DNA from: Epiperipatus broadwayi
Taxonomy: Eukaryota > Animalia > Onychophora
Direction of reading: 5' to 3'
Assembly (NCBI GenBank): GCA_028023455.1
Contig: JAQFVV010000010.1
Span: 10,292,001 to 10,356,000, forward strand
DNA length: 64,000 nucleotides
Notes under the pieces: model-generated
Told to the model about the DNA's origin: nothing
Seen by the model: only the letters and a program-made list of their open reading frames with translations
Database searches by the model: none
Shown here: positions 11,610-23,898 of the stretch, piece by piece
Position numbering within the stretch: the stretch's first letter is position 1
Layout of the letters: each line of letters starts with the position of its first letter
Made by a program: the position numbers and the translations under genes

Positions 11610-11872
11610 AAAAAAACAGGTAAATCTCCCCATACAGTAGTGCTACTCAGTCCAAGCCAGAGTAATCAATGGATGCCAGAAGACTTATGCATAAAATCCC
11701 CATCTAGTGCCTACTCATCCAGTATCCTCAGACTAGTTTCTGGCTTGTGGCCTTCATCAGTGAGGAGCCTTGGATCTGAGAGCACTGCACTACTGTATGG
11801 AGAATTTTGCCTGTTTTAATAACAGTTATGAGCAAGCATAAGAAATGATGATCATGTGATGTTTAGTGGTGT
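11610..11872. mobile_element. Family A head-to-head insertion
   Basis: Minus part to ~11790, plus part after; 14-bp TSD TAACCACCATCTCT (11596-11609, 11873-11886). Confidence 0.9.
11725..11766 (-). ncRNA. Type I hammerhead ribozyme (family A)
   Basis: Minus strand CCTCA CTGATGA AGGC CACAA GCCA GAAA CTAGTC TGAGG; stem I CCTCA/TGAGG fully Watson-Crick. Confidence 0.8.
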
Positions 11873-12323
11873 TAACCACCATCTCTCCAACTAATTTATT
11901 CATATTCTAAAAATACAGCAGTTTATTAATCAAATGCTTTTTTTATATTTTCTAAATGTCCCTCAACAATAGTTCTCATTATTTGTCAATTTCATTTACA
12001 ATTCTTCTATTCTTTCAAAATTCAGACTGTTCCTTGGATATCAACATATCTAATCTTTTATAAATGTCTATTTATATTCTCATTAATACTTTACCTGCAT
12101 ACAAAATTAAACTTATGACTTTAAAATTTTTGTATTTTACTATATTAGACCATTTCTTTTAAAGAAATCTATTTATTAAAAGAAAATCTGTCACAATTTA
12201 ACTAAGTCATAAATTAAATTACAAACAACATCTAATCCTTTTAACTCACAATTGGAATTTTATTGCTTCTCATGTATTTTGAAAAATTTTCACAATCTCA
12301 TTTTTTCTATTGTTATCATCTTA

Positions 12324-12620
12324 TATAGGGTATATGAGCACAGACTTTCATATGATCCACTATTCTCCACACTATCTCATAACACTGATACACTTGAACA
12401 CATATATGTTGAAAAGATAAACAATCACCAATATATACGTATTTCATGCTAAACCAGTAATACGTATATTGGTGATTGTTTATCTTTTCAACATATATGT
12501 GTTCAAGTGTATAGTGTTATGAGATAGTGTGGAGAGTGGTGGGTCGTATGAAAGTCTGTGCTCATATACCCTATATATTACATATATAAACACAGGTATA
12601 TAATAAGCCTGTGTGTTTCA
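12324..12620. mobile_element. Family B head-to-head insertion, inversion point inside the HHR
   Basis: 12324-12457 is inverted relative to 12460-12620; 12-bp TSD GTTATCATCTTA (12312-12323, 12621-12632); spans the monomer junction CCCTATAT...AAGCCTGTGTG. Confidence 0.85.
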
Positions 12621-13085
12621 GTTATCATCTTACTATATTCTTATATCACACTTTTTTTCTATTACTATAGATGAGAATATACAAGTCACTAATATACTAT
12701 TCCCATATTTTCAGTGCATGTACTTTCTCAATCAATAACGTATCATTTTTTAATTCAATAATTGCTTTATTTGTATGATTATGCTTTTTCCGAAAGTGTT
12801 TTATTCTTTTATATATATTAAATCATATCTACTTTTTGTTTGTAGTTCTTCTTTTTCATTATATTCAATTTCTAGTCATTTTTTCTGACTTTATCTGCTA
12901 CATATTCCAACTCATTATTAATCTTTCAATACGCACTTTTAACTAATTCAATATTTGTTTTTTCATATTTTAGTTTATTAATCTCACTATGTAATAGACA
13001 ACTATATGGTTGTTATATTTTTTATTATCACATTGTCAAAAAGTATATTTATTCTGTTGTCATATGTCATAGTAGAATACTTTAA

Positions 13086-13298
13086 ACAAAGGCAAAACTC
13101 TCCATACAGTAGTGCCACCCTGTGCCAACCAGAGTAATCAATGGATGTCAGAAGGCTTGTGCATAAAATCCCTATCTAGTGCCTACTCATCCAATATCCC
13201 CAGACTAGCTTCTGGCTTGTGGCCATCATCAGTGAGGAACCTTGGATCTGAGAGCACTGCACCTAGATCTTAGTATGAGATGGTGATCATGTGATGTT
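13086..13298. mobile_element. Family A insertion (minus) with short inverted tail; HHR has GAAA>GAAG
   Basis: 16-bp TSD TAGTAG(A/T)ATACTTTAA (13070-13085, 13299-13314). Confidence 0.85.
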
Positions 13299-15134
13299 TA
13301 GTAGTATACTTTAATGTTTGTCCTAATTTTCATTTATATTCTCACAGACCAAATTATTTTGTGGGCTCTTGAGATTATATAATAAAGAAAATGCTTAAAA
13401 TTACTTTCATTAAAAATTTTTTAGATGTAAAATTAGAAAAAAAAAACACAAACCAAAATTAAGATTGAAATAATAAAAAAACTGGTTTTATTTAAAATGA
13501 TAATATTGTAGTAATTTTTTTTTAAAAATACCAATAAAAAGAAATAGTTTGATGTTTATACTCACACTTTATTTATTATATACCTTCCTTAATAAAATAT
13601 TATGGGTAATTGTAGTTAGCACAAAAGTGATACACCAACATATCCAGTGGCAGATCTAATGCCAAACCTATACACCTATACAATAAAGATCATTTGGGTT
13701 TAAACTTTAGGGTTTGAATTTCAACAGTGGCTTCTAGATGTATAATGGAAATTTAATGCTTTTCAGTCATGAAGGTTGCTAGCCAAAAACTAGCCGAGAG
13801 ATTAGGATATCAAACTGTCATCTAGTATTCAATATTTCTCAACCTTACAATAAATAGCTCTGGAAAAAAGTAAATAAATTGAATTAAATTGCTATTAATA
13901 CAAATATTGAAAACAAACAGAAAAATTTATGTTGTGTTTTATCAAGAAATAAACTATTAAAACAGCAGACAGGAGAATCTTGATGTCAAAGATAAGAAAA
14001 CTTTATGGACTCATAGATGTCTGCAAAAGAAGTTTGTTGCTGAGACTCCTAAATGAGCTTTAAAGAAAGCAAGCATTTTATTCCCTAATCATTATGTTAA
14101 TATCTTATAAATGTGGAACATGGATAAAATAAACTTCCCACTTTCATATCTGAATAAAGATATTGATTTTACAGGATTTCTGCTTTAAATTTGAAACTAT
14201 AAATCACTATGCCTTTTTTCTTTCCAGAACCCTAACAGTTTCTGATTAAGACATACACTATGTTTTTGAAGACAGAGTTAATTATTTATATTTGCAAGAT
14301 TTTATTTTCATCCTTCTCAAATAATTACCTTTCTAACTGATTAAATAATTTATAAGTCATTATTTATGTCACTTGATAAAACAATATAACGTTCATTTCT
14401 TGAGGCTAAGCCAAGATAGTGTTGTTTGACTAAAGAAAAAGGTCAATTTTATATGTGTATTTAGGTGAAGAAAGTTTGCATGAATTGAAAGAAGGAACTA
14501 TCTCTTATTAAATAGGACCATCTCTGACATGAAATTCAGAAGGACAGATAAAAAAACAACTTAATCGAAAAATGGATATGTAACTTTGCTATAAAAAACA
14601 AATATAGAAATGCAAATTAAATGTTAGTCTCTATAAATATAAAATAGAATAGTAAGATTTATTATTTGATTCATTAGAAGATAATTATATAGATAATTCA
14701 GCTTTACATACCAATAAACTTATTCTGTTGATAAAGAATTTTTGAATAGATTACAGAATGCCTTTGAACAAACCAAACAACATTTGGTCTTGAGAGAATG
14801 CAATGATTTAATTGGAATATCTTAAGATGACTACAGGAGGATGTAAATTTGAATATGGGATAGAATAAGAGAGGACAAATTATTCATGAAATTTACAGAG
14901 GAGGGAGCGATGTACATTCAATAATTTTCGAAAGAAAAAAAACTTAAAAATGAATATAAATGGATTTAGATTATATTTGATTAATGGAAAATATGTATTT
15001 CAGAATTGTAGTAAATTTAATAAATAAACATGTGACCATTAATTAATAAGGTACAAGATATATGCTGATACTAAATTAGAAGGATAAAGTCTGTTAAGAG
15101 ATAATAATAATATTTCATATATTTAACTTTTAAA

Positions 15135-15449
15135 CATCACATGATCATTATTCTCTATGCTTACACAAGCTGTTAACACAGAGGCAAAACTCTCCACACA
15201 ATAGTCCCACTCAGTGCAAGCCAGAGTAATCAATGGATGCAAGAAGATTTGTGCATAAAATTTCTATCTAGGTGCAGGCTCTCAGATCCAAAACTCCTCA
15301 CTAATGCAAGCCACAAGCTAGAAACTAATCTGGGAATATTGGATGAGTAGACACTAGATAGGAATTTTATACACAAACCTCCCTACATCTATTGATTTCT
15401 CTGTCTTACACTGAGTGGTGCTGCTGCAGAGAGAGTTTTGCATCTATGT
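15135..15449. mobile_element. Older family A head-to-head insertion, HHR decayed
   Basis: Plus part has CTCCTCA CTAATGC AAGCCACAAGCTA GAAA CTAATC TGGGA; TSD ATATTTAA(CT/TC)TTTAAA (15119-15134, 15450-15465). Confidence 0.75.
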
Positions 15450-15699
15450 ATATTTAATCTTTAAAAAAATTCCAATGAATTTAAGATAGAATTTAACATT
15501 TCATTTTAAAATATTAAAAATACATTGAAGATTACTCAGACTTGAATGATCTTCCAAAAAATGAGTCTACTAAAAACATTTACGATCAATTCACCAGTAA
15601 ATTTTTCATTGTGTTTTATTTTTTAAATGTGGAATTAATTCAAGTGATTCATTAAAAAGAATTGAAATAACTAGAAATCTATAAAGTATTATGGGAAAT

Positions 15700-15902
15700 C
15701 ATGTGATTACCATCTCTTATACTAGCACATAATTGTTTATAAACAAGGCAAAACTCTCCATACAGTAGTGCCACCCTGTGCCAAACAAAGCTATTGGATG
15801 AGTAAGCATTAAATAGGGATTTTATGCACAAGCCTTCTGGCATCCATTGATTACTCTGGTTGGCATAGGGTGGCACTACTGTATGGAGAGTTTTGCCTTG
15901 TT
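15700..15902. mobile_element. Family A head-to-head insertion without the HHR
   Basis: AAACAAGGCAAAACTCTCCATACAGTAGTGCCACCC and its reverse complement; 13-bp TSD TATTATGGGAAAT (15687-15699, 15903-15915). Confidence 0.85.
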
Positions 15903-17299
15903 TATTATGGGAAATGTTAATTATGTTATGAGAAAAATATAAAAAATAGAAAGTTATAGAAAATGTACAAAATGTCATAGATAGAAATATTTCCATAGTG
16001 AAAAGAAAGTTATTTCAGCAATAAAAAAAAATGGCAATGTTACTAAAATAGAGGTGACATCATGAAATGTACAATTTTTTTATTATAAACAACTATTTAT
16101 AGTAGTTATTAATAAGCATCAGGGTAACAATATCAATCACAATGCCATATTTTTTAAATGAAACACAGCACTATTGCAACTATAAAAAATGGAAAGTTTC
16201 ATATAATGAAAACATTGTAGATATTTTAAAAAAAAAGAAGAAAGAGAAACAGATAAAAAATTGGCAAAATTATATGTTAAATGTTTAAAAGTTACAGATA
16301 TATCTGATTTTTGAAAGTATGCAATAATAGATGTCAGTGGTTATAGACAAAATAATATAAAATATTAAATAAAATTATATCATCTTCGACAACTTCAACA
16401 CACACCAATCAAAAAAACACAAATTGTTTTAAAAACACAGTAGACCAGAGATGAAATATTATGAAAAGTTATATAAAGAACCAATCCATATGAATTATTA
16501 CTTTGCACTGAAGAAAGTGTTTATATCTGCTTTGGAACATCAAATACATCTAAGAGTTGTTAAAATCTAGAAGTATATGGAAAATATTATGGGATGAATC
16601 CATCTTCTTAAAACTTCTAATGGAAGTCTTTTAAGCAGTATTTTGTGTATTAAAGAAAATAAAAATTATTGAAGACATCTAGATTTTGCATATAAATGAT
16701 TTTTTTCACAAAATGATGCTTTAAATCTGCAAAAAATGTTATAAAAAACTATCAGATAAAGGCTAAAAATAAGACTAAAAAGTGCTTCAAAAATTTTCAA
16801 AAATAAAAAAAATAGTAAATAAAATAAAATTAAAATAAATAAAATTAATGATATATTTCATTATAAATTACATTTAAAAAATAGAAATAACTTAATATTA
16901 AAAAAAAATGGTTTTAAATGAATTTATGACATTCTTCTTTATAGATCTGAGATTCATATACTCAATATACAAATAGTACAGTCTTTTGCTTTCATTAAAA
17001 AATTAAGAAGATAAAATGAAGTTGTACTAAATATATTAATAGAAAAAATGTCAGATGGAAAATTAGATCTCAAACTGGATTCTAAAAGATGTTAAGATAT
17101 CAAGAAAATGATTATGTGATCACATGGGTAAGATAAAGTTTTTGGAGTGCCTGTAGAGAAAAATAATTATAGATTGGAATTTTTGTAATAAACTCAAACA
17201 GACAGCCATCCCATAATAGTTCAATAATTCTCGTGAAATACGTATGTATATAATTCTGATACACATGATCAAATACATGTGTAAAAAAAAAAAGCATGA

Positions 17300-17600
17300 T
17301 CACCAATATCACTCATCACTTGGTCCAGATCATCATCTCCTATATATAATCAGTGCTCAAGTTTATATTAAGATAGATAATCTTCAAACTTCAATGGACA
17401 GGTTTCAATCTTCTCCACTCTCCAACTTTTCAGCCATCCATATCATTGAAAATCTGATGATGGAATGCTCAAAACCCTTGTTGATGCCAATATTATTATC
17501 ATACCCATGTTGATTTTAAGTCACTCTGACCCCTCATGTACAGGACCTTAACATGTCCATTTAAATACATAAAAGAGAGTGGGCAGATTACATGCTGAAT
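17300..17600 (-). mobile_element. Family B copy with HHR core deleted
   Basis: Reverse complement matches 3080-3340 and 22570-22820; CACCAATATC..TCATCACTTGGTCC shows a collapsed core. Confidence 0.75.
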
Positions 17601-18677
17601 ATGTAATATTAAATACAAATATATTGTCTATAATGATCTTAATATAATTAGAAGAGATTTGAACTCAGATTTTTACGCAACTAAATACAAATTTTCAAAC
17701 ACGTAGCATTTTTTAAATAGTTTTTTAAATTGCAATAATTTAGACTACGAATATTTAAAAAAATATTTTTTATAAATGATTAAAATAATAATAAAAAAGA
17801 ATTCTCTCTTTTTATTCTTAGGAGAAAAAAAACAAAAGAAAAAGAGGATGGAAAATCTATTTGTAAAATCATTATTGAAAATGTTGTGGGATGTGATTAA
17901 ATTACAATTTAATTATATTTAATGCAGAAAGATCAGATTTCTAGAACTTATATTTAACTCTTTATTTGAGATCTTTTATATGAGAATATTATATATATAT
18001 ATTCATTCAGACGGATATTCACGATTAAATTAATTAAATAATAGGGTAGAAGTCGAACGTGGAATAATGATAAAATAGACTCTCAATATGAAGATGACTT
18101 GAATAATCAATGCAATTTAGGTGCAATGGCAGTCAATAATATATTTGAACACCACTAATGGTAACGTTTCAAATCAAGCAAAGTGAAGAAAGTAATAATT
18201 TTAATCTACTGATAATAAAAGACTTTTATAATTAATTTTAAATTACTATCTCTTAAATACTTTCATTATATATATCTCCGAGTGTTGATTATAATATATC
18301 AAAGTCAACCATATTACAGCTGAAAAATTATTTCATCTGTCACAAGAATGATTTTGATACTACGAGATATTATATTAATATAGCTAGTGCAGAAATTTAT
18401 AATACCAAATACTACATATCTATCAGATAAAATTCTATTGCTGTATATAATTTACTTAATTTCTAAACTGATTTTATCTTAGGCCTATGTGAAATTTTAT
18501 ATAAAATAATATCCTTTTTTAATTTTATATTAAAATTAAGACATTAGAGAGTTTGTTTGTTTTTTAGGAAAAAAATATTCCCTTACAATTAAAGATGTCA
18601 CTTTAAAATTGTGTTTAAAAAACATAGGAAAGCAAGACAAGCATTATGTTGCATCTCCTATATAGAATTCAACAAAC

Positions 18678-18930
18678 CACCAAACATACATGATCACCAT
18701 TTCTTATGCTTGCTCATAACTGTTATTAAAATGGGCAAACCTCTCCATACAGTAGTGCCACTCAGATCCAAAGGTTCCTCACTGACGAAGGCCACAAGCC
18801 AGAAACTAGTCTGGGGATATTGGATGAGTAGGCACTAGATAGGGATTTTATGCACAAACCTTCTGGCATCCATTGATTACTCTGGCTTGCACTGGATGGC
18901 ACTACTGTATGGAGAGTTTAGCCTGTTTTA
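18678..18930. mobile_element. Family A head-to-head insertion
   Basis: TSD ATAGAATT(C/T)AA(C/T)AAAC (18662-18677, 18931-18946). Confidence 0.85.
18776..18817 (+). ncRNA. Type I hammerhead ribozyme (family A)
   Basis: TCCTCA CTGACGA AGGC CACAA GCCA GAAA CTAGTC TGGGGA. Confidence 0.8.
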
Positions 18931-19572
18931 ATAGAATTTAATAAACAAACTCAAATTCATTTAAACTGTTGATATAAAATTTACAAAATCTAAAATGCAT
19001 TAGCAAACTTTTTACTAAGACTAACTAGGGACTGTTGCTATAATTTTACTAGCACCCTCATACAACATGATAAGAAATAAATTTTGATAAATAAAAATTA
19101 TGTTTTTAATATTCCCATGAGACCATATATTTGTAATAATCAATTACAAAATAATTAGATTAAAAAATAATCAGCATTCGAAACAAAAAATGGTATAAAT
19201 ATATAATTAAACTCTTAAAATTTTTACTCAAGAATATCTTAGATAAAATTAGGAAATCTACAATCTTTTTCAGTTGTTCAATGACATAGCATGAATTTGT
19301 TTGTTAAAGTATTAATATACCAAGCTTAATAGAAAATTTAGATTTAAAATAAACATTCTACATAATTTCATAAGCAATACACTAAAAAATTAATTTTTTG
19401 GGAGGGGTTTTTAATTTTAAAAAATTTCCCCAATTTTTTTTGAATTTATAATTTAAGGTCCCCCTTCCTTTCATTATTTAATATATTTATTAGGGAAAAA
19501 TGGGAGGGTTTTTCTTTTAAATTTTTGCATAAATCAGAATGAATTGTGTAAAAATAGTGGTGAAAAATCCAG

Positions 19573-19669
19573 TTGTCAAGCCTTGGTGGCCTTGTGATTA
19601 GCATAGCTGCCTTCCAAGCAGCCAGCCCAGGTTCGCTTCCTGGTCAACACTGTGACATATGAAGAAAAA
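19573..19669 (+). mobile_element. tRNA-Gly(TCC)-derived short SINE
   Basis: AGCATAGCTGCCTTCCAAGCAG matches the tRNA-Gly(TCC) anticodon arm; B-box GGTTCGCTTCC; tail TGACATATGAAGAAAAA; 10-bp TSD AAAAATCCAG. Confidence 0.85.
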
Positions 19670-19784
19670 AAAAATCCAGAATCTAAATTTGGAAAAAAAT
19701 CCAAAGAAAGATAAATTATATAAAAAAAGTATTTTCACTCTTATATCACTATGGGATTATAATAGATCAGAATAATATGTAGTG

Positions 19785-20075
19785 ATGTCTTCCTGAAGAT
19801 TTGTGATGATGGTATTTTAGTTGTACTGTATTTATATAATGGATTTTTTCCATCATCTAATATATAATATTGAATGTCTTTAGAAAAATTTAACTTTATT
19901 TAAATTTTCCAATTACATTCAATTATTCACCTTTTGAAAGGTATTATTCTTCTCTCTTCTGGTGTTGTTGGCCTGACCAGTGACAGTACTAGCATGGGAA
20001 TTGAAGCTGGCCCTTATACTCTTGAATATTGAATTTTAAAATAACACTCTAACCAACTGAGCCATCCTACCAAAA
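19785..20075 (-). mobile_element. Family C copy with tRNA-like head (left arm of ~870-bp fold-back)
   Basis: Reverse complement GGATGGCTCAGTTGGTTAGAGTG...GCTTCAATTCCCATG..CAACACCAGAAGA..., then the family C tail. Confidence 0.7.
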
Positions 20076-20109
20076 ACTGCAGTCAGTAGAAATTTCATAT
20101 ACTTCACTA

Positions 20110-20335
20110 TTATATTTCTCCTGATTTCTCCATTTTTTCCTAATAACAAAGTTGATTAGTGGTTTTCATACATTATGTATGGGCACACTAGATTGACTTA
20201 TGGGGTTATTTGCCATAAGCTGCTCACATGACAGTGGTGAATAACCCCATAAGTCAATGAAGTGTGACTATACATAATATATGGAAACCAATAATCAACT
20301 TTGCTTTTAGGAAAAAGGAAAGAAATCAGGAGGAA
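20110..20335. repeat. Central hairpin of the fold-back
   Basis: ATTGACTTATGGGGTTATT / AATAACCCCATAAGTCAAT and TCCTGATTTCT / AGAAATCAGGA. Confidence 0.75.
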
Positions 20336-20364
20336 CCTCATAAAAGGTATATGAAATTTGTTGC

Positions 20365-20655
20365 CTTTGGCAGGATGGCTCAATTGGTTAGAGCATTATC
20401 TTAAAATTCAATATTCCAAAAATCTAAGGGTCCAGGTTCAATTCCCATGCTATTATTGTCACTGGTAAGACCAGCAACACCTGAAGAAAAGAGAATAATA
20501 TCTCTTGAAACATTGTGCAAATACTAACCTGTGGGCTATTACTAACAGTTGAATGTACTTTGAAAATGTAAATAAAGTTAATTTTTTCTAAAGACATTCA
20601 ATTCTATATATTAGATGATGGAAATAGTCCAATATATAAATACAATACTAATATA
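20365..20655 (+). mobile_element. Family C copy: tRNA-like head + decayed HHR + tail
   Basis: A-box TGGCTCAATTGG, B-box GGTTCAATTCC, then CAACAC CTGAAGA AAAGAGA..TCTCTT GAAA CATT GTG. Confidence 0.7.
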
Positions 20656-20749
20656 TATTGAGTTTGATGAATCATTTCTTTAATTTCAGAATCCAAATAA
20701 GTAATTTCCAACCATAATATAAAATAACTTCCCTCATTTGCATTCAATT

Positions 20750-21900
20750 TCTGGATTTGGAATAGTATTCTTTACCCCAGAGCTATCTATTTGTAAAAAT
20801 AACTTGAAACTAATCTTTAAGATTTCATAGGCACTACTACTATGTACTTTAATTATTTAAGATTACAATAGATGGATCTGGAGTAGAATAATGATACTAA
20901 TGCATCCTGAAAATAAAGTGGATCATGAATATATCAAGATTTTTGGAATATGCATATCACCATCCAATTTGATACCTGACTTAATAAGAAGTACACATAA
21001 GCAAGATGGTTGGTTTGTATTATCAATGCTAAATCTGGTATTATATTATTTATCTATATTATAGTTTATGCAAGTGATAGATTTAGTTCATTAGGATAAG
21101 TTGATTCTCAGTCCATTCTTTTATCAGTTGAATATGTTTACTAAAGCACAAACATGCACAAAACACTGAAGTAGAAAAATCTGTTAAAAAAACAACAAAA
21201 TGGTTTATTTATTGAGAATTCATGAGAGGTTTGAAAACTAGAAGTATCACAGGTGGGCTACAATCATGGATCTTAGACTCCAGAATCTACTACTCTAATG
21301 TTGCATCAAATCATGCAGGACAAAAAATAATTAAGTGGGTTCTAGAGTAAGATGGAGGATATAGAAAGTTGAAAGAATAGAATAAGATCTGATGAAGACT
21401 GCATGGTACAGTCGAAACTGTAACCAATAATAAAAAATTTTTGCTGAAAAATGAAACATGTAAGATTTTTGAAATTCAATAAGTGGGTTCTTGTTTGAGA
21501 GTTAATAGATTTGAAGATGCAATATATGGACTGTGAGATTTAGAAAATGAGATGCTACTACTGCATTAAAACATTGTTTTAAGACATAGACTTGCTTCTA
21601 TATCTGATAAAAGGCATTTCTTGACAAAATTAGATAATTGAGTAAAAATTGTAGATATACATAAGTAAATAATGCCTACTGTACTAAATTCTATAGAATG
21701 TAATTGGTCGAGAATCATTTTAAAGTAATATAAATATGAATACTGTGAATACAGTATACATTAAGTTGCTATGGAAATATGATACACACTACCAATAATG
21801 ATGAATGGTTTAATATTACCATCTTTTTACAGAATAATGATACTCATCAAATCAATTCAGATTGACCTTAGCCTTTTATTCTCTAACTAATAATACATGG
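20750..21900 (+). pseudogene. Possible heavily decayed non-LTR RT remnant
   Basis: Only faint similarity to RT motifs (GGLQSW near 21255; DED-like near 21390); no clean frame. Confidence 0.25.
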
Positions 21901-22517
21901 ACATACATTTATTAATCTAATTACTTGATAGCTAATTGGTTTGAATAACTGTAAAAAAAAACCTAAGGGTACTTATGCCCTGAAAAAATATCAAAGTTTA
22001 TACAGCTCAAATTTGAACCCAAGGTCATAGACATGTTAACAAATGCATGATCTACTGGGCTATAAGACTTCTATAATGATGAAATGCTGTTAACAGTTCC
22101 GTCAAAGACCTATTCTTTCATTGTACCTGGATATGACACATTGTTAACACCTGTCTGTTTAATTCTTAAAGTTTCTTTGCATTGAAATGAAGAATTAGAG
22201 GTAAATGGAAGATTTGTATACAGCAGCTAATTATGTCAAAAACATTAGCTTGTGTGATGAAAAAGATTCAAATACATATGTAAAAGAAATATAAAAAGTA
22301 TATAACAGAAAAAAAATAAAGCTACAAATATCCGGCTAATTCAATCATATATATATGTGTCTGTGTGTATGTGTAATAATCTGGTAATTGGATGGAATAA
22401 TGAACAGATAAGTTTAAATATCAAAAACTAAAGAATTTAGACAGAAAATGCAAATATTGATAGGTAAATATATAAAATAAATCAAATGCAACCAATTATT
22501 GAGAATATTAAAAACAA

Positions 22518-22964
22518 TAAATATAATAAGCCTGTGTGTTTCAGTTATTACATAGTAGAGATGTCTGCCCATCCCTTGTATATGTATTAAATAGATTATG
22601 TCCTGTACATGAAGAGTAAGATTGACCTTAGGTCAACATGGGTGTGACAAGAATCTTGGCCTCAGGGTGGCTTTTGAGCATTCCATCATCAGATTTTCAA
22701 TAGCATGGACGGTTGGAGTGTGGAGTGGATTGAAGCCTGTCCATTAGAGTATGAGGATTGGCTGTCTTAATATATATCTGAGCACTTATAGCATATATGT
22801 GTGGAGATGGTAATCTGGACCAACTGATGATTGCTATTTTAGCATGAAATATGGATATTGGTGATTATTTATCTTTTCAACATATATGTGTTTAAGTGTA
22901 TCAGTGTTATGAGATAGTATGGAGAGTGATGTGTCGTCTGAAAGTCTGTGCTCATATACCCTAT
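22518..22964 (+). mobile_element. Family B unit-length copy
   Basis: 13-bp TSD ATATTAAAAACAA (22505-22517, 22965-22977); HHR at 22819-22862 ACCAA CTGATGA TTGCT ATTTT AGCAT GAAA TATGGA TA TTGGT. Confidence 0.9.
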
Positions 22965-23714
22965 ATATTAAAAACAAAATAAAATGATTAAAGTGAAGAA
23001 GTGATTTTTCTTCTCAGATAAAACTGTCTGGTTCCTCTATATTCTTTCATTTACTGAAAATTTTCTGATTTATTAATGTGAAAAATATAATAGCCTTCCA
23101 GCATTTTCGTTACACATTACAGGAGTTATTCGTATGAAAATGTCATCTTGCTTTACAGCAATAAATAAATAATGCACAATCATTATAGCTTTCATCCCTT
23201 AAGGAATAAACTTCATGATTCATTAGAAAAGAATTTTAGTAATAGTAGGTATTTTCTTGCAACAGTAATCTGAAGTGAACGTTTTCTAAATGGAACAAAT
23301 ACTGTAGCATTATATAGGAACATAAATGCTGACACGTTTGGAAATTATTTGAATAAAAACAATAGAAGCCAAATCCAATACTGAATGTAAGATAGTATAA
23401 GATTTCAGTAATATGCATTCAAGATTCCACAAGAGCATGAAATGGTATATGACAAATAAAGTAAACTTTAAAATGAATATAAAATACTCTAAACTAAATC
23501 CAGTACTAAACCTCCAAATGAACATGTGGGATAGCATTATTAATTTTTTTAAATGTCTTTGTAATATTCCACAGTTATAGAATACTGTTTGTAATAAATA
23601 AAAAATATTTTTAAGAAAACAATTGTGTTATTGGAAAATCAATATATTTAAAACAAAAGTGAATATTTAAAAAACTCTGGAAAAATTACTAGAAATATAT
23701 ATGCCTTTTGTTAG

Positions 23715-23890
23715 ATTCTATGGAAATGATCAATGAATCTTAGTGGTTATATATACAAAAAAAATCTCTATGGAATCAATGATTAATCTGGTTGATTATA
23801 TATGCAAAAAGCTTTCTATAGAGTTAATAATGACACAAAAAGTAATCTCTATATAGAACTGATTATTCTTAGTGATTTCATATGCAAAAA
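23715..23890. repeat. Degenerate ~55-60 bp tandem repeat, about 3 copies
   Basis: TCTATGGAA...TTATATAT(A/G)CAAAAA recurs. Confidence 0.5.
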
Positions 23891-23898
23891 CTCCTTTT

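Noticed and set aside
16370-16560. Tc1/IS630-like DDE remnant (IIFDNFNTH)
   Set aside because: Single short motif; no TIRs and no further catalytic motifs recognised.
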